Notes: generated by a model from the letters alone, not told the origin. A stretch of 64,000 nucleotides of DNA from Calditrichia bacterium (GCA_963796965.1 CAWCNS010000005.1:960001-1024000), one strand, 5' to 3'. Positions 20,321 to 30,245 are shown, counted from the first letter of the stretch. Translations and numbers: made by a program.

Positions 20321-21451
20321 TCACCAGTTTAATTGAATTATTGTTGGTTTTTTTGGTGTATACTCTTCCATATATTCTCTATAATCATCAAACCAATAGG
20401 CTGAAGGATTGCAGTCAAAAACCATAAACTTGGCTTTTTCCTCCAGATTGGCAGCACGATGATAACGCATGTAAATTTGTTTTTCTGTTTTCCCAACAAC
20501 TTCTATTTTTCCCGTAGAATGAGACATTACAAAACGTGCCCGTTTACCAAGACCAGAGCAGCGCATTCGTGCTTGTTCAAATATTTCATAAGCCTTTTCT
20601 AAGGGCACAGTGAAAGTATTGTTGCCAAGAGTGGGTCGACATTGAAAAACATAATAAGGTGGAACGCCAATGAAAGACAACTTCCTAAAAAGTTCTGATA
20701 AAATCTCTGGAGTATCGTTGACACCTCTGATCAATGGGGTCTGATTAGCAACTATTCCCCCTGCTTTTTGAATTAAGTGCATACACTCAACAGCATAATC
20801 CGTTAGTTCGCGAGGATGATTAAAATGGGTCATAACATATATTTTTTGCCTGGATGTGCTATAGTTATCAATCATTGAAAGGAGTGCAGGATCATTCAAA
20901 ATTCGAATTGGGTTAAAAGCGGGTATTTTTGTTCCGATACGAATCATTTGTACATGATCGATTTCAAACAGATCCCTGATTATACTTTCAAGTATCCGGG
21001 TTGAAAGAACTAGAGGATCACCGCCGGTGAGCAATACATTTGTTATTTCTTTATGTTTTTGAATATATTTAATTCTTTCGCTCACATCTTGTGTTACACT
21101 GTCAGTATCATCCATAAATAGCCGTTTACGGAAACAAAAACGACAATAGGCTCCACAGACATAACTAACCAGAAGAACTGCCGTAAATTCATATTTGTGT
21201 TCCAAACCAGGAAGTACCGTATAATTTTCCTCATCAGAAGCGTCAATCTCACCCCATTCATGCAATTCGTTAATATTCGGTATCACAATACGACGAATCG
21301 GATCATCCAGATCGCTCCATTTGATAAGCGATTGGTAATATTCATTTGTGCGAAAGTCAAATTTGTCAACTACGGGTTGAAGTACTTTCACCTCTTTATT
21401 ACTCAATTGTGGTATCTGATCAAGCCTTCTATAGTATTTTGGATTTTCCAC
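20321..21451 (-). CDS. KamA-family radical SAM, PLP-dependent aminomutase; substrate uncertain
   Basis: LEHKY, CGAYCRFCFRKR (CxxxCxxC), LLTGGDPL, THFNHPRE, NQTPLIRGVND, PYYVFQC, TGKI. Confidence 0.9.
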   Translation of the reverse strand: MENPKYYRRLDQIPQLSNKEVKVLQPVVDKFDFRTNEYYQSLIKWSDLDDPIRRIVIPNINELHEWGEIDASDEENYTVLPGLEHKYEFTAVLLVSYVCGAYCRFCFRKRLFMDDTDSVTQDVSERIKYIQKHKEITNVLLTGGDPLVLSTRILESIIRDLFEIDHVQMIRIGTKIPAFNPIRILNDPALLSMIDNYSTSRQKIYVMTHFNHPRELTDYAVECMHLIQKAGGIVANQTPLIRGVNDTPEILSELFRKLSFIGVPPYYVFQCRPTLGNNTFTVPLEKAYEIFEQARMRCSGLGKRARFVMSHSTGKIEVVGKTEKQIYMRYHRAANLEEKAKFMVFDCNPSAYWFDDYREYMEEYTPKKPTIIQLNW

Positions 21452-21521
21452 TTGTTCTTTCCGGAGATTTGAAAATTAAAGTCCTGGTTTTATTAATATT
21501 ATTGACTTAAATATAGTACTA

Positions 21522-21641
21522 TTACAGAAAAAGCCATCCAAATATGATTGCACTGACGAACAAGACTACAAAAAGAAGTAGCACCCAAATGCCATTGGTC
21601 TCCTTTGGTTCCTTACCAGTTATTATTTCATTTTGGTTCAT
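21522..21641 (-). CDS. 39-aa single-pass membrane peptide (not in ORF track)
   Basis: MNQNEIITGKEPKETNGIWVLLLFVVLFVSAIIFGWLFL; AAGGA RBS 7 nt upstream; co-oriented in the cluster. Confidence 0.6.
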   Translation of the reverse strand: MNQNEIITGKEPKETNGIWVLLLFVVLFVSAIIFGWLFL

Positions 21642-21786
21642 ATTGATTTCCTTTATGTTGTATTTTCATTCACAGACAATTCACATATGAAATAAATGTT
21701 TTCAGCTACCTTTTTCTATTACAATTCTGCAAGTATTAAAAGTGATATCCAGAAGATTCCTAAAGACCGTACCTATCCTCAGGACT

Positions 21787-22143
21787 CTATCTTTCAGTTT
21801 TTGGTAACTCTTGTTTATTTGGAAATTCTTCTATAAGGCTTTTAAGGATTTCTTCAATATTGTTTTTGTAATTTCCACATTTTCCTTTTCTAACCTGAAT
21901 CAACGCATGATCCAGAATAAAAAGATATTGAAGGATTTTAGCCTTTAAATGAATATCATTTTCATTATAGCTGGACTCCTTTTCTCCATTTAGACAATGA
22001 GAGTTATCTCCATGTTCGCCGTCCTCATTCGGATCCCCGTTAATTTTATTTGAAAACCAATATGTAAAATTATATGTTTCTAAAATCTGCTTACGTTTTT
22101 GAATGATTAACTTTTTATAATATTCCAAATCATCACTCTTCAT
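21787..22143 (-). CDS. Divergent DksA/TraR-like protein lacking the C4 zinc finger
   Basis: DLEYYKKLII and YLFILDHALIQVRKGKCG align with the neighbour's ELEYFEKIIL and FLRHLDKALSRIKEGDYG. Confidence 0.6.
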   Translation of the reverse strand: MKSDDLEYYKKLIIQKRKQILETYNFTYWFSNKINGDPNEDGEHGDNSHCLNGEKESSYNENDIHLKAKILQYLFILDHALIQVRKGKCGNYKNNIEEILKSLIEEFPNKQELPKTER

Positions 22144-22303
22144 ACTGAAATCCCTATAGATTTACTTAGAATTATATTATCACTTTGTATCATACAATTC
22201 ATTAATTCCTGTTTGACAACAGATGCAGTTTTTATAATTATTGATTTTGGCCTTAATTCTATAAATATCATAAAACACTACCATAATATTTTTCAAATTT
22301 CAT

Positions 22304-22660
22304 TCAATTCTTGCATGACGTACAGTGCTGTGTATGCGGAACAACTTTCAGTCTTTCTCTCGATATTTCTTGACGGCAAATTATACATATTCCGTAATCA
22401 CCTTCTTTGATTCGAGATAAGGCCTTGTCTAAATGACGTAAGAATTTCAACCTTCGCGCCACAAAATAATTGTCCAGTTCATACTGTATAGCATCACTAC
22501 CCTGATCTGCTATATGCGTTCTATACTGCGAAAACTCGCCACCATTTGGGTGAGTTCTTTTCCCTAGATTAATCGAGTCAGTGGCACTTATAGATCTGAG
22601 CACATCCTGTTGCATCTCAAGAATAATTTTTTCAAAATATTCCAATTCATTTTTATTCAT
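22304..22660 (-). CDS. DksA/TraR C4-type zinc finger protein
   Basis: HIADQGSD coiled-coil tip; ALSRIKEGDYGICIIC..ISRERLKVVPHTQHCTSCK. Confidence 0.92.
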   Translation of the reverse strand: MNKNELEYFEKIILEMQQDVLRSISATDSINLGKRTHPNGGEFSQYRTHIADQGSDAIQYELDNYFVARRLKFLRHLDKALSRIKEGDYGICIICRQEISRERLKVVPHTQHCTSCKN

Positions 22661-23037
22661 TGGTCAACTCCTTATTCTTATGTTTATTTTCAAATCTTTT
22701 AAGAAAGGTAACTACAATTATCCGGGAATTATCTTTACATAAAAATGATTCTACATTAAGAATTTTACATTCTGAAAGATTTTCTAACTCACTTTTAAGA
22801 ATATTTTTCACTTCTTCAAATTGTCGAGATTTAAATTCATGAAATGTTGTTAAATCTTGAATTCTTCTATTAAGACGCTGTTCAGCTGGCCAAAGAGAGC
22901 TGAGAAATATGTATTACTAAAAGTTCACTACTAATATTGATCCTCATGGAGGCAGAATTTTCAACCAATTGTTCAGTTACAAATTTTTTTGCAGATTTAT
23001 TTATTTTTGTGATTATTTCAGTCTTAAATTTATCCAT
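22653..23037 (-). CDS. Divergent MpsC/DUF2294-like protein; one frameshift near 22895 (not in ORF track)
   Basis: Reconstructed KKFVTEQL..ELLVIHIS/SLWPAEQRL..RIIVVTF aligns with the upstream paralog TKFEKEHL..IILVRLQGILSPAEEKL..RVIIFVM; stop overlaps the dksA-like start. Confidence 0.6.
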
Positions 23038-23060
23038 ATCTTACCTTAAATCTCAGAGGC

Positions 23061-23130
23061 AAAAAAAAAGCCGGTACTCACCTCGATTTTGAGGCATTGA
23101 GTACCGGCTTACGTTATAGCTAACCTACTC
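23061..23130 (-). promoter_or_regulatory. Probable Na+-I (DUF1646 motif) riboswitch with overlapping intrinsic terminator
   Basis: Aptamer GAGUA-GGUU-AGCUAUAACGUA-AGCC-GG-UACUC (23130-23099); its 3' half forms a 13-bp stem AAGCCGGUACUCA/UGAGUACCGGCUU followed by a U run; lies between two MpsC-family genes. Confidence 0.65.
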
Positions 23131-23283
23131 TACTTAGAGTTTGTTTTCTATCATGTCTACCGAAAATTTATTTTATTTATATTGCTAAAAAATTTATAAT
23201 ATTTAAACGCTTTTACCTACTTTAATATTGGTACTATAAAAGTTTAACAAAATTAATAAAATTTGTTCCAAAAAAAATAATTA

Positions 23284-23650
23284 TTACATAAAATCCTTCT
23301 CAATATTTCTATCCATTACAAATATGATTACTCTTTCGCCAGTATGTGTACTAATGTCAGTATGCAGGGATCTGACTTTGGCATTAGCATTTTCAACAAT
23401 AATATTTCTCTATAACTTTTCGGGAGCTCTCGATAAGTCTTCTTCTTATCTGCTTCACAAGTTGTATTCCATCATTTTCTTTTGCTAGTTTCTCTTCTGC
23501 CGGCGATAGGATTCCTTGAAGCCTTACCAGGATTATATCCTGAATAATAAAAGTTTTTACCTCTTTAGGACCTCTTCCCAGGTGTTCTTTTTCAAATTTT
23601 GTTAATTGGGCGCTAATATCTGCTTCTAATTGTCCTTTTGTTTTATTCAT
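23284..23650 (-). CDS. MpsC/DUF2294 family protein; frameshift near 23405
   Basis: MNKTKGQLEADIS..FEKEHLGRGP..LSPAEEKL; continuation in another frame SLHTDISTHTGERVIIFVMD. Confidence 0.88.
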
Positions 23651-24100
23651 TATATTTAATCCGTCCAATTTTGCAAATGATAGCAAAATTTATCATAGAG
23701 AATCAAATCTTTTATAAATTCTGTTTTTATTGATGTTATTTCGCCAAATAAAAAAATTAACTGACAAATATATGAGTAAATTTAATAAAGTTTACACAAT
23801 TTTACAATTTAGAAATGCTTGATGACTGATTACTGAATGCGAATCTTCATAACACTTTGTCGTACCGAGGACCGAATCGTGGAACGAGATCTTTTGTACT
23901 CACAAATCGCGACCTTCGGTCGGCACGAGCAATATATTTTTTTTATTCATTAACCCAAAGAACCCGCAAAATGCTAATGTTATAAAGAATACTTGAAAAT
24001 CAATTTTTTTAGATTTTGAGGAGGTTGGATGTAATTTCTCCCCCCTACGGGGGATTAATCGATCTGGTTTCTATCCTGCATAGTAAGATTACTTATAAAC

Positions 24101-24128
24101 AAAAATAGCCCGGATTACCGGGCTATTT
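24101..24128. terminator. Intrinsic terminator downstream of hicB
   Basis: aaatagcccgg-atta-ccgggctattt. Confidence 0.75.
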
Positions 24129-24142
24129 AAAGAAAACTAAAG

Positions 24143-24352
24143 TTATGCATACATAAGTTTTCCTCTTGGCTTAGGTACCTCTCTTCCTAAGTCAATAGCG
24201 GTTTCAATCCACTCATTAATTATTATTTCAGCATTTGATAATGCTTCCTGATAACTATTACCGTCAGCCAGGCAACCGGGTAATTCAGGTACCTCTGCAA
24301 TATATGCACCGTCCTCATCACTCCAATATATGATTATTTCATATTTACTCAT
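24143..24352 (-). CDS. hicB: HicB-family antitoxin
   Basis: YEIIIYWSDEDGAYIAEVPELPGCLADG..EAL..PKP. Confidence 0.92.
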   Translation of the reverse strand: MSKYEIIIYWSDEDGAYIAEVPELPGCLADGNSYQEALSNAEIIINEWIETAIDLGREVPKPRGKLMYA

Positions 24353-24606
24353 TTTATTAGATCCCCAAGTTTGTATTTCAATATCAATTGTCGAATTTGT
24401 TTGACTTGATAAGGTTTTGAACTTTTTCCCTTTGGTTGAAGATTTATAATTTCTAAAATTTTTTCCTTTACAAATATGTGATGACTCCCCTTTACACGTT
24501 CTTCAAAACCTAGAGACTTCAAGAGGACTACTAAATCCTTAAACAGGATATTTGCGTCCGATGTTCCCTGCAGAACCTTAGACAATATCTTTTGTTGATT
24601 CGACAT
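24349..24606 (-). CDS. hicA: HicA-family toxin
   Basis: LGFEERVKGSHHIF..INLQP..KPYQVKQIR; ATGA overlap with hicB. Confidence 0.92.
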   Translation of the reverse strand: MSNQQKILSKVLQGTSDANILFKDLVVLLKSLGFEERVKGSHHIFVKEKILEIINLQPKGKSSKPYQVKQIRQLILKYKLGDLIK

Positions 24607-24842
24607 ATTGTAGAATAATCTAAAGATTGCTGTTCTGTATTACAAGAATTTTTTACTATTCTATTTTAAATTGACTGTAGCAAAACGTATCCTCATAAAT
24701 TTGTCGGGCAGCCTGTTATCCATCTTCCTTATTACTTTAAATAAATATGGTTATATTATTTCTGTGAGTAAATCGTCTTCGAGGAAATTAAGATATATGA
24801 TTTTTTTCATATAATATTTCAGATTTTTTTTAAGGAGACTTA

Positions 24843-25027
24843 ATGCTATCACTGCTATCACTGCTATCACTTTTATTGAATGTTATCTTTAATCTGTTGA
24901 GATCAAAGAATTCCAAAGAAATATAAACCTCATTTCAACGGAAAAGTGCAGAAACTCCCTATTCTTTGCGGTTTACACCATCACTATTTTAGGAGGGCAG
25001 CATGATGGATGTAATTTATCCCCCACG
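24843..25027 (+). mobile_element. Internally deleted mini-copy of the adjacent IS (left boundary uncertain)
   Basis: 24843-24905 encodes MLSLLSLLSLLLNVIFNLLRSK, like transposase start MLSILSFLLSVIFNLLKTK at 25703; 24900-25027 closely matches 26620-26749. Confidence 0.75.
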
Positions 25028-25688
25028 GAATAGTAGTCATTTTATAACTATTAGAGAGCAGACTAAATTTGGGATTTGTGATGAGTTAATTGAGAATACA
25101 TCTTGTTAATTCCTTATTTCATCATTCGTTTAATTTTAGACAATCGACTATACAGACCATGACTCTCCATAGAACAATAAACCACCATATTTTGATAATT
25201 CGTTGAACATTACGAAATTCCAGCGTAATGGAAATTTGACGGATAGAAAAAAATAGTCATTTTTCGTAACCCAGGAAGGACTCGTAACTCTTCGACAATT
25301 ACGAGTCTTACTTTTGGTCCAGAATAATTAACTCATCATAATTGAGCTAAGTTCAATAAAAACAACAAATCAATTAAATCGAGAAGCCAAAACGTTATCT
25401 CTTGTTTTTTTTTAACTTATCCAATATTGTCCAATATAATACGCACAATCATTTGCCAAATATTTGACAAATTGTTCTCCACTTAAAATACCAAATGACA
25501 GACTATCCATAGATTATGATCCTTATAATACCCACACCGGGTTTAATCAATAGTAACCGGTAGCCCAAATAGAAGATCTATAATTACTTCCAATCCGGTG
25601 ACCATACCCATGAATTATATTTATCGTTATTGATGGGAATATTATATTATCGAACAATAACTTTTATTTTACATGACATTTCAAATTT

Positions 25689-26749
25689 TGTGGGGAGAAT
25701 AAATGCTTTCAATTCTTTCATTTTTGTTAAGTGTTATCTTCAATCTGCTAAAAACAAAAAAAAGTTTACTGCTACAAATTTGTTTGTACAAGAAGGTAGT
25801 CTGAAATATTAAAAAGGCAAAACCAGAAGAAACGATTATATATTAAGTATTCTGACCGAGTCATCTTTTCAGTTCTGAATAAAATAGATGATATTAGAAA
25901 TATTCTAAGTATTGTAAAACCCGAGACTATTCTTCTGTGGCAGAAAAAAATAATTAAAAGATTCTGGACATTCAAAGTAAAAAACCGGGCGGGAAGGCCG
26001 CCCGTAAAAGAAGAGATCAATCAAACAGTGCTGAACATGAAAAATGATAACTTAAACTGGGGCTATAAAAAAATTCAGGGCGAATTAATAAAAATAGGGA
26101 TTAATCTCGATCAGAAGACCATTCGGAATATACTAAATGACTTTCGCCGAAAAGGAAAAGTCAAATAATCTTTAATCTGGAAGAAGTTTTTAAAATTGCA
26201 GATTCATTCAATTTATTTGCCATGGATTTTTTTATCATAGACACCATTCTAAACCAGAGACTATACGTCTTATTTATCCTCAGTCATAAAAGCAGAGAAA
26301 TTCTGCAATATGCCATCACAACCAATCCGACAAGAGAATTTGTAAGACAACAGCTGATTGAATTTGAGCAAAAGGTTAATCAAGTTGTTTACATGATTCA
26401 CGATCATGCTGCCCAATTCAATATTAATTATATTGATTACGGGATAAAAAGCATAACAACCTATGTTGAAGCACCCAATATGAATGCCATTGTTGAACGA
26501 TTCGTAGGCTCAGAAGACGGTAGGTTTTAGATTTCTATAATTAATAATATGAGAAAAATTTCAGAGATATTAGATGATTATATCAACTATTATAATTCTA
26601 AAAGACCAGACCAGGGAATAGATCAAATAATTCCAAAGAAATATAAACCTCATCTCAATGGAAAAGTGCAGAAACTCCCTATTCTTGGCGGTTTACATCA
26701 TCACTATTTTAGGAGTGCGGCATGATGTATGTAATTTATCCCCCCCACG
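25689..26749 (+). mobile_element. Decayed IS with integrase-core (DDE, IS3/IS481-like) transposase pseudogene
   Basis: VKPETILLWQKK..GRPP..WGYKKIQGEL, AMDFF, MIHD, PNMNAIVERFVGS, LGGLHHHYFRSAA; in-frame TAA near 26167 plus frameshifts. Confidence 0.85.
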
Positions 26750-27687
26750 TGGTGGACGGTTCCAGAGTGAGTGTGTTCGTTCTTTAATTTTATTGTGGGT
26801 TTTTGATGTTTCCAGCGGCGGTGGGACCATAACCATATTTGCGGTTGTTCCTGTATATCTTGCTCAAGCCTTCTGGTATGGGCTTCAGATATTTGCCCTG
26901 TCTTCGTCAATTTTGGATCGTGAATGAGCTCCTCCATATAGAATCTGTAAAAGCCTCTTTTTGGTCTTTTAATGCCAAGATATACAACGGGAAAGTCTAG
27001 CCGCTTGGCCAATATTTCCGTTCCACGATAGACAGGCGTATCCTGATTTAAAAAAGTGGTCCAATACGCATTATCCGGCTGAGGAGTCTGGTCGGCAAGA
27101 AAGACGGCTGCATTACCTCTATTTTCCAACCTTTTCATCTGCTTGTATGTATCATCAAGGGGAATCAGTTTTGTACCCCATTTTGATCGTAACTGGATAA
27201 TTAATCGATCAAAATACTTATTCGAGAAGGGTCTGTAGATAGCGTAAAGTTGGTTGGAACAATGTAGATTGAAGGCATGATTTGCCAGCTCCCAATTGCC
27301 CAAATGTCCCATTACAATAATAAAATTTTTTTTAGAATCATACAGGTCGTTCATCAGTTTTATTGCGTCGGGTTCCATGGAACATCTTCTGACAACCTCC
27401 TCTTTTGACAGGGAGAGTAGTTTTACTATTTCAATAATTAAATCACAAAAATACTTATAGAATTCCTTACAGATGTGATGATTTTCTTCTTCAGATTTAT
27501 CCGGGAATGAATTTGTCAGATTTTGAAGAACAACTGACCTGCGATACTTCAAAACATGGTATACCATCAAATACAAGAAATCCGATACTCTATAAAGAAT
27601 AGAGAATGGTAAAAGGCTAATCACATAAAACACAAAATAAATACCGTAATAAATAAAATGTTTCATTCTTCTAACCTGAATTAGCAT
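26704..27687 (-). CDS. Lipid A biosynthesis acyltransferase (LpxL/HtrB family)
   Basis: NLTNSFPDKS, GHLGNWE, FLADQTP, PQIWLWSHRRWK. Confidence 0.92.
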   Translation of the reverse strand: MLIQVRRMKHFIYYGIYFVFYVISLLPFSILYRVSDFLYLMVYHVLKYRRSVVLQNLTNSFPDKSEEENHHICKEFYKYFCDLIIEIVKLLSLSKEEVVRRCSMEPDAIKLMNDLYDSKKNFIIVMGHLGNWELANHAFNLHCSNQLYAIYRPFSNKYFDRLIIQLRSKWGTKLIPLDDTYKQMKRLENRGNAAVFLADQTPQPDNAYWTTFLNQDTPVYRGTEILAKRLDFPVVYLGIKRPKRGFYRFYMEELIHDPKLTKTGQISEAHTRRLEQDIQEQPQIWLWSHRRWKHQKPTIKLKNEHTHSGTVHHVGGINYIHHAALLK

Positions 27688-27776
27688 TTACCGCAAAGAC
27701 GCAAAGCTTTAATTTTTTTCTAAATACCTTTGCGGCTTAGCGCCTTTGCGTGAAATATTTTTTTACAGCCGCTCAA

Positions 27777-29256
27777 CTACTTTTTTCCGGAGATATATAG
27801 TTCCTTCCGGGCAATTTTGATGAGTTGCCCCGCTTCCAGTTTTGCATCTTCCGGAATATTATTGACCATCGCCGTATAGGCGGGTGACCAGACATTGTCT
27901 GTTCGTTGAGTGAGTTCGGCAAGCGTCTCATCAGCTTCTGCAACAGCGATACGTAGGCGAATACCGGTAATAGAAGAGCGTTCTTGTTCTGTTAATGGCC
28001 GGAGACTTAATACTGTCTTTTTCAGCTCTTCCTTATAACGATCCGGCCCGGCACCGATCAGCTGATAGGTCAGATCTCCAATCGTCACCCACAAATATTT
28101 GATGTGCGCGCTCTGGCCGGCAGAAGCATCATCAATGGTTACCAAATAACCCGGCCAGTCATGAACCTTTACTGCTTCAGCTGATTCCGGTCGGGTGTTA
28201 TGTTTCTTCATAAGATTATCAACAAAAGCTTTACCCAGTTTTTCAGGATCTGTTTTATTCCCAATATCATTGATAAAAATCATCGCTTCTTTGTTTTCTT
28301 TAAAGGCACCGACCAAACTTGGTGTATTTGTTGTTTTCCAGCCTTTGGGAAAGGTGATAGTAAAATTCAGATCGGGATGAAGGAACTTTTGATCGTGAAA
28401 AACGCCCTGTGCCGGGTTATGTGTATAGTAAAGACCATCCAGGTTATGCAGAAGATCAGCTCTGTTCTTGGCAAGATCAGGTTTTTTCTGCCATGTAATT
28501 TTTTTTGCTTGATACTGAATATCATCTATCCGTTGCGGTGTCATCGGATGGCTATCAAAAAAACTAAACTCACGCTTTCTTTCAGTCAGCATTTCCACAT
28601 CTTTTTCCAGCTGCTGTAGGCTTGATGCCAGTAAAAGTGGGTCGTAACCAGATTTCGCGGATAATCTCATACCTAATCGATCCGCTTCACTCTCCTGTTT
28701 ACGGCTATAGCTGGCCAGAGAAACCTGACCGATCATATCAATTGGGGTATTAATCAAATTACCCAGATCCTCGTTGACAACCGTACCAACGATGGCGCCA
28801 GGAAGTGACAACAGACCGGGTATAATACTACGTTCCTGTTGACTGGCAGAATGTCGTTCGGTAACATGGCTGATCTCATGTCCCATCACACCGGCCAATT
28901 CACCTTCTTCATTGGCCAGAATCAACAATCCCCGTGAGATATAGACATACCCACCGGGTACGGCAAAGGCATTGGGTTCCCACTGATCGGCAATTTGAAA
29001 TTGAAAATCAAACTCACTTTTTCCCAAATTGGCTACCAAGACGCTCGCCAATCGCCCTCACATAATCCGTCGTAACCGCTGCCTGGTATATACCAATTTG
29101 TTCTTCAACCTGTTTTGCCACTTTTGCACCGGTTTCTTTATCCGATTTCGCCGAGCTAAAAATCTGCGCATGCAAATTAAACGTAGATGATATAACGACT
29201 AAAAATATGGTAAAAACACATACAAATGATCGGTTTAAAAAAGCAAACGACTTCAT
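27777..29256 (-). CDS. M48-family metalloprotease with LysM-like C-terminus; frameshift near 29040
   Basis: PNAFAVPGG, GHEISH (HExxH), YSRKQESEAD, SHP; ETLAEL..LEAGQLIKI. Confidence 0.88.
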
Positions 29257-29346
29257 AAGTCTCTCCCAATGTTTATATTATCACTACTAGGTATCAACTA
29301 ATAATTCCCAATTACTAATTACTAATTACAAGTTACCAATTACTAT

Positions 29347-29567
29347 TTACGAACTCTCACCTTTCACATACACTTCCCAGGCTGATTTTACGGCAATGGT
29401 CATAGGAATTGCCAGAATTGTTCCAATAAGACCGAGAATAAATGCCCATAAGACAGGATAATCAACACCGAGGATCAGAAGTAATATGAGGTTGCCGGCT
29501 GCTGTGAGTAATCCCGTTGAAGCAGCAATCGATACATATTTACGAATGGCTGTAGCCAGCTCGGCTA
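29347..29567 (-). pseudogene. AI-2E-family transporter remnant with internal deletion
   Basis: AIRKYVSI..TGLLT..LGVDYPVLW joined directly to AFILGLIGTILAIPMT. Confidence 0.65.
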
Positions 29568-30098
29568 GGATTTAGGAGGAAATCCGTCAATCAGTTTATC
29601 AAGTGCTTTGCGGATATTTTTCTCCATCGTTTCTTCAGTCGGTTCATCCTCGGTTTCCTTGGTTGCCAACCCCCGCCAGATCAGATCAAACGTCTGGGCG
29701 TCGATGATATCCATATACACTGCTCCTTCCGGGTGGACTTCTATCTCAACCTTCAGTTTACCTTTACCATAATTTTCGCCGCCTTTATCGGTTGTAGTTA
29801 CCTGCTCCTTAAGCCCCAAATAGACCACAATCAGAAATTGTGGAACACCCCGCTCCAAAACAAAACCCTTTTTCTGAAGTCCTGCATTGACATGAGCGAT
29901 TATTTCATCTCCGGGTAATTGGAGATACATTAAACCATCTTCTATATCAAGCAAAACATTATTGGTCAGCCAGGAGTAGGTTTTATATCTTGCAAAGTCC
30001 CTGCCCTGATCATAATCGTAGGTAACATCAATAGATGAACAACCGATAAATAAACTCATGATACATGCAAATACAATAGTCCCTTTTTTTAATAACAT
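29565..30098 (-). CDS. DUF4136-domain lipoprotein
   Basis: FIGC lipobox, DYDQGRDFARYKTYSW, EGAVYMDIIDA..LIWRG, FPP terminus. Confidence 0.88.
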   Translation of the reverse strand: MLLKKGTIVFACIMSLFIGCSSIDVTYDYDQGRDFARYKTYSWLTNNVLLDIEDGLMYLQLPGDEIIAHVNAGLQKKGFVLERGVPQFLIVVYLGLKEQVTTTDKGGENYGKGKLKVEIEVHPEGAVYMDIIDAQTFDLIWRGLATKETEDEPTEETMEKNIRKALDKLIDGFPPKS

Positions 30099-30245
30099 AG
30101 ATCCCTCCCTTTCTGATTTTTAATATGTGCGTTCCACCGCAGGAGCGATGGAACGAGGTAACTATCTGGTTACGACGCTCCTGCCTCGCAACCAATAATC
30201 AGCCTATTTTAATTTTTTATATTTTACCTGAAGAACAGAATCCAT

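Noticed and set aside
20321..21451. kamA, ablA or epmB symbol
   Set aside because: Lysine-binding aspartates appear absent and the diagnostic neighbours are missing
25279..25307. gactcgtaa..ttacgagtc inverted repeat
   Set aside because: Single isolated hairpin with no supporting context
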